Source: Bacilli bacterium (GTDB lineage: Bacteria; Bacillota_I; Bacilli_A; ML615J-28; CAG-698). From it: 64,000 bases of DNA. Each line of letters opens with the position of its first letter. Positions within the stretch are counted from its first letter, which is position 1. A program made the position numbers and the translations under genes. The notes under the pieces were generated by a model that did no database searches, was not told the DNA's origin, and was given only the letters and a program-made list of their open reading frames with translations. The DNA is taken from positions 279,981 through 343,980 of the forward strand of contig JBMNLZ010000001.1 in the NCBI GenBank assembly GCA_050953065.1, written 5' to 3'. Shown here in pieces: positions 60,116-64,000 of this stretch.

Positions 60116-60827
60116 TTATAGTAGGTTGTTCTTTTTCTTCTTCTGGTTCAATAACAGGTTCTTTTTCTTCTTTTTCAGGAATAATAACTTCATCTTTTTT
60201 CTCTTCAGGAAGTTCTACACCTTTCTTTTCTTTTACTTGCTTTTTCTTTGTTACTTTTTCAGCAGCAAATTCATATCTATAACTCTTATAATTCTTAACA
60301 CCACTTGCGATTATAAATAAAGCACTAATAATAGCAATTACAAGAATAATCCATGCTAAAATATGAGCATCAATTCCATCGCCAAAAATTCCAGCACTAA
60401 TTACCATTGTTCCAAGTGTAAAAACAATAACACTAGTTATAAACTGAGTCTTATCAGTTTCTTCATCTCGCATAATATTAGCAAAGAAATAAACTAAACC
60501 TCTTAAATATAAAACTGCACCCATTAAATAACCCAAAGTTTTTCCAATGTTTTCTTCATCTTTTACTCCAATTGCAACTAAAGTAATACCAATTGCAACG
60601 TTAGCTAATATTTCAAAGAAATAAATTCCAGCTAACAACTTATCAGAAGTTGTTTTTAATAAAGGAATGACTCTAAAAGCCCCCATAATTACTAACGCAA
60701 GACCAACAATTACATAAATAATTGAATTTTTGAAAAAAATAACTAACCCCATAGCCAAAATTACAGCCGCACCAATCCACTCAAACAACCACAAATACTT
60801 TTTAAAAATACTTTTCATTTCCTTCAC
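60108..60827 (-). CDS. Membrane protein (DUF308/HdeD-like) with charged C-terminal tail
   Basis: About 6 TM segments in hairpin pairs; E/K-rich tail. Confidence 0.6.
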   Translation of the reverse strand: MKEMKSIFKKYLWLFEWIGAAVILAMGLVIFFKNSIIYVIVGLALVIMGAFRVIPLLKTTSDKLLAGIYFFEILANVAIGITLVAIGVKDEENIGKTLGYLMGAVLYLRGLVYFFANIMRDEETDKTQFITSVIVFTLGTMVISAGIFGDGIDAHILAWIILVIAIISALFIIASGVKNYKSYRYEFAAEKVTKKKQVKEKKGVELPEEKKDEVIIPEKEEKEPVIEPEEEKEQPTINA

Positions 60828-60828
60828 C

Positions 60829-62484
60829 TCACATTTTTTCTTTTACGCCTACTCCAACTAAAGATAGGCAATCTTTTAAAACTATTTTTACTGCTTCAAA
60901 AACAGTCATTTTTTCAATCGTTAATTTTTCATCTTCAGTAATAATTTTCTCATCATTATAATAAGAATGCACACAAGTAGCTAACTCTAAAGCATATTGA
61001 ATTAATTTATGCGGTCTTCTTTTTGTGGCTGCTTCTTCTATATAATTTGGATATTGAATTAAAACCTTGATAATTTTTTCAATACTTTTAACATCTATTT
61101 TTTCAAACTCATTTAAAGGTTTTAATTTAATTCCTCTATCTTTAGCAACCTTAAACAAACTACAAATCCTAGCATATGCATATTGAACATAATAAACAGG
61201 ATTTTCATTAGAATTTTTAATAGCTAAATCTAGGTCTAAATCCATATGTGTGTTTAAAGCCTTTGAACTATATAAAAACCTTAAAGCATCAGTTCCAATT
61301 TCTTCCATAAGGTCATGTAAAGTTATCGCTTTACCACTTCTTTTGCTCATCTTAATTTCTTCACCATCTTGAATAACTCTAACCATTTGTAAGATATCTA
61401 CATCTAGCATATCTGGATCTTTTCCTAATATTGCTATAGCTGCTTTAAGCCTATTGATATAACCATGATGGTCAGCTCCTAAAACATCTATTAAATAATC
61501 ATAACCTCTTCTTAACTTATTATAATGATATGCAATATCAGGCATTAAATAAGTTAAAGTCTTATCGTTTTTAATTAAGACTCTATCTTTTTCATCACCA
61601 AAATCAGTAGTTCTAAGCCAAGTTGCTCCATCTTTTTCATAAGTATAACCTAACTCACTAATTTTTTTAAATGTAGCATCAACTTCTCCATTATCATAAA
61701 GAGACTGTTCAGAAAACCAAATATCAAATTCAACATTAAATAATTTTAAATCCTTCTTTAATCCTTCTAACAAAAACTTAGTTCCATATTCTCTAAAAAA
61801 AGGATACCAAGAATCGCTTTCAAGAAACTCATCATTTTTTTCATTTTTAATCATTTTAGCAATTTGAATTATTTCTTTACCGTAATAGCCATCTTCTCCT
61901 AAATTAGCTTTATGACCAAATAATTCTTTATATCTTTCATAAATTGAGATTGCTAAATTTCTAATTTGATTTCCAGCATCATTAACATAATGCTCTTTTG
62001 TTACTTCATATCCTACTTTTTTAAAAATCCTTGATAACGAATCTCCATATGCTGCACCACGACCATGACCAATATGTAAATAACCTGTTGGATTAGCACT
62101 AACAAACTCAATATTTACTCTTTTATTAGCACCAATCTCTAATTTTCCATAATCTTCTTTTAAATCTAAAATCTGGAAAACAATCTTAGCTAAATACTTT
62201 TTATCCAAAAAGAAATTAATAAAACCAGGATTTGCTATTTCAATTTTATCTAAATGAAATTCTTTTAAATCAAATTCTTTTACAATATCTTGAGCAATAG
62301 CCATTGGAGGTTTTCTTAAACTCTTTGCTAGTTTTAAAGCAAGGTTAGTAGCATAATCTCCATTGCTTTCTTCTTTTGGAATTTCTAATATAATCTCTTC
62401 ATTTATTCCTTTTTCTTCTATTAAACTTTTTAATTTGTCTTTAATTTTACACAGTATTTCATTTATCAAGTTTATTTTCCTCAA
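60829..62484 (-). CDS. argS: Arginine--tRNA ligase
   Basis: EFVSANPTGYLHIGH, GADHHGY, KMSKRSG, YVQYAYAR. Confidence 0.96.
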   Translation of the reverse strand: MRKINLINEILCKIKDKLKSLIEEKGINEEIILEIPKEESNGDYATNLALKLAKSLRKPPMAIAQDIVKEFDLKEFHLDKIEIANPGFINFFLDKKYLAKIVFQILDLKEDYGKLEIGANKRVNIEFVSANPTGYLHIGHGRGAAYGDSLSRIFKKVGYEVTKEHYVNDAGNQIRNLAISIYERYKELFGHKANLGEDGYYGKEIIQIAKMIKNEKNDEFLESDSWYPFFREYGTKFLLEGLKKDLKLFNVEFDIWFSEQSLYDNGEVDATFKKISELGYTYEKDGATWLRTTDFGDEKDRVLIKNDKTLTYLMPDIAYHYNKLRRGYDYLIDVLGADHHGYINRLKAAIAILGKDPDMLDVDILQMVRVIQDGEEIKMSKRSGKAITLHDLMEEIGTDALRFLYSSKALNTHMDLDLDLAIKNSNENPVYYVQYAYARICSLFKVAKDRGIKLKPLNEFEKIDVKSIEKIIKVLIQYPNYIEEAATKRRPHKLIQYALELATCVHSYYNDEKIITEDEKLTIEKMTVFEAVKIVLKDCLSLVGVGVKEKM

Positions 62485-63346
62485 CTTTTTTCTTAAGCAT
62501 TTCTATAAATTCTTCTCTTAAATCTTCTCTATTTAAAGCAAAATCAATATTTGCTTCTAAAAAACCAATTTTTTTACCAACATCATAATATTTTCCCTCA
62601 AACTTATGAGCATAAACTTTTTCTTTTAAAAGCAATCTCTTAATAGCATCAGTTAATTGAATTTCTCCATTATGCCCTGGAGTTTGAGTTTCTAAAATAT
62701 TAAATATTTCAGGAGTTAAAATATATCTCCCCAAAATCGCTAAATTACTTGGAGCATCCTCTAATTTAGGTTTTTCAACCAAATCTATTACTTCAACATC
62801 TTTATCGTTTAAATAATTAGGATTTACAATCCCATATTTTGAAATATCTTTATCTTCAACTTGTTGAATTGCTATAACAGAATTTTGATATTTTTCAAAA
62901 GTATCACATAACTGTAATAGCGCTGGTTTAGCATCATTTACTATAATATCATCGCCCAACAAAATAGCAAATGGCTCATTACCAACAAAAGACTTAGCAC
63001 ACAAAATAGCACTTCCTAATCCTTTTACTTCTTTTTGTCTTATTGAATGAATATTTACTAATTGGCTAATTCCTTGAATTAATGCTAATTCTTCTTTCTT
63101 ATTATTTTTTTCAAGGAAATATTCTAACTCAAGCGATCTATCAAAATGATTTTCAATTGCTTGTTTTTGATGATTTGTAATAATCAAAATCTCTTCTATT
63201 CCTGACTTAACCGCTTCTTCAACAATATATTGAATAGTAGGTTTATCAACAATAGGCAACATTTCCTTTGGTTGACTTTTTGTAGCTGGTAAAAATCTAG
63301 TCCCATAACCTGCAGCTGGTATAACAGCTTTTTTAATTTTCATCAT
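62459..63346 (-). CDS. galU: UTP--glucose-1-phosphate uridylyltransferase
   Basis: KAVIPAAGYGTRFLPATK, KEMLP, LGDD, VEKP, GEIQLTDA. Confidence 0.96.
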   Translation of the reverse strand: MMKIKKAVIPAAGYGTRFLPATKSQPKEMLPIVDKPTIQYIVEEAVKSGIEEILIITNHQKQAIENHFDRSLELEYFLEKNNKKEELALIQGISQLVNIHSIRQKEVKGLGSAILCAKSFVGNEPFAILLGDDIIVNDAKPALLQLCDTFEKYQNSVIAIQQVEDKDISKYGIVNPNYLNDKDVEVIDLVEKPKLEDAPSNLAILGRYILTPEIFNILETQTPGHNGEIQLTDAIKRLLLKEKVYAHKFEGKYYDVGKKIGFLEANIDFALNREDLREEFIEMLKKKVEENKLDK

Positions 63347-63439
63347 CTTCCACTCCCCAATTTTTACTATACTATTATATTATATCAAATTTTTTGAAAA
63401 AGTAAATAACTTGAAAATAAACTTGAATATTATTCAAGT

Positions 63440-64000
63440 TTATCCTCTCAAAGTATTTCGTTCAATAAAACCAAAAAAGTTACTAACTTCATATTTTTTA
63501 TCATCTATCTTAATAAAACCACTAAATAATCCTAATAACTTTAAATTTTTTCTACTACTTAATAAAAAGTTTTTATATTTATTCATTGTAATAAGTGGTT
63601 TAAAATCCAAATTAACCACACCATCATCTGAAATAACTTTCCAATCTTCAAGTATTTTTTCATTGCCAGCTTCATCTATTTTAATTTTAAATGCAACATT
63701 ACATAATTTAAAACTTTTATTATTTATGAAAATAATGTTTTCACTAGCAGATGAGGTATCTGAGATTCCTTCTCCAAGAGTTATCTTAAAGGCTTCGTTT
63801 TCTATTTCACCAGTAATACTAGCCCAAAACCAAGTATTAATATAAGGCATTACAGCTCTACTCCATTTAAAAGAAGTCTCTAAAGGAGCCACATCATATA
63901 TTTGGTTTTCAATCCTTAAAAAGCCTTCTAACTTATAATTTAAACTTTTTTGGAAATAACAAAACTCTTTTTCATCATCTAACGAACATGAAACAACAAT
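63440..64000 (-). CDS. DUF2804-like protein (5' end beyond window)
   Basis: WSRAVMPY.NTWFWAS, ASEN..F, W, L.F.P, G.FSG pattern; frame appears to continue towards the window edge. Confidence 0.65.
   Translation of the reverse strand: MVVSCSLDDEKEFCYFQKSLNYKLEGFLRIENQIYDVAPLETSFKWSRAVMPYINTWFWASITGEIENEAFKITLGEGISDTSSASENIIFINNKSFKLCNVAFKIKIDEAGNEKILEDWKVISDDGVVNLDFKPLITMNKYKNFLLSSRKNLKLLGLFSGFIKIDDKKYEVSNFFGFIERNTLRG

Overview
AT-rich chromosomal window from a small-genome Firmicute that uses the standard code (TGG=Trp, TGA=stop). Gene content and order suggest Bacilli of the Acholeplasma/Izemoplasma-like grade; this lineage call is inference. Most of the window is housekeeping: fumarate hydratase, murI, tmcAL, mrp, ruvX, alaS with an Ala T-box, rnj, metK, tldD/pmbA, gltX, FMN riboswitch-ribU, cca, deoCD, ileS, sepF, pckG, argS, galU, tRNA-Gly(GCC) and tRNA-Arg(UCG). 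Three accessory elements stand out. (1) A compact four-gene radical SAM/SPASM + HPr-kinase-like + PqqD + soluble S24/S26 peptidase cassette with no adjacent precursor peptide gene, converging on a membrane protein with a Q/N/Y-rich prion-like repeat. (2) A 15.5-kb array of three modular BspA-type LRR lipoproteins with recent internal duplications, variable Tyr-rich inserts and an invariant C-terminus. (3) An Ig-stalked lipoprotein amidase. An ssb gene missing from the ORF track appears to start at ATT. No IS, integrase, prophage or CRISPR array was seen.
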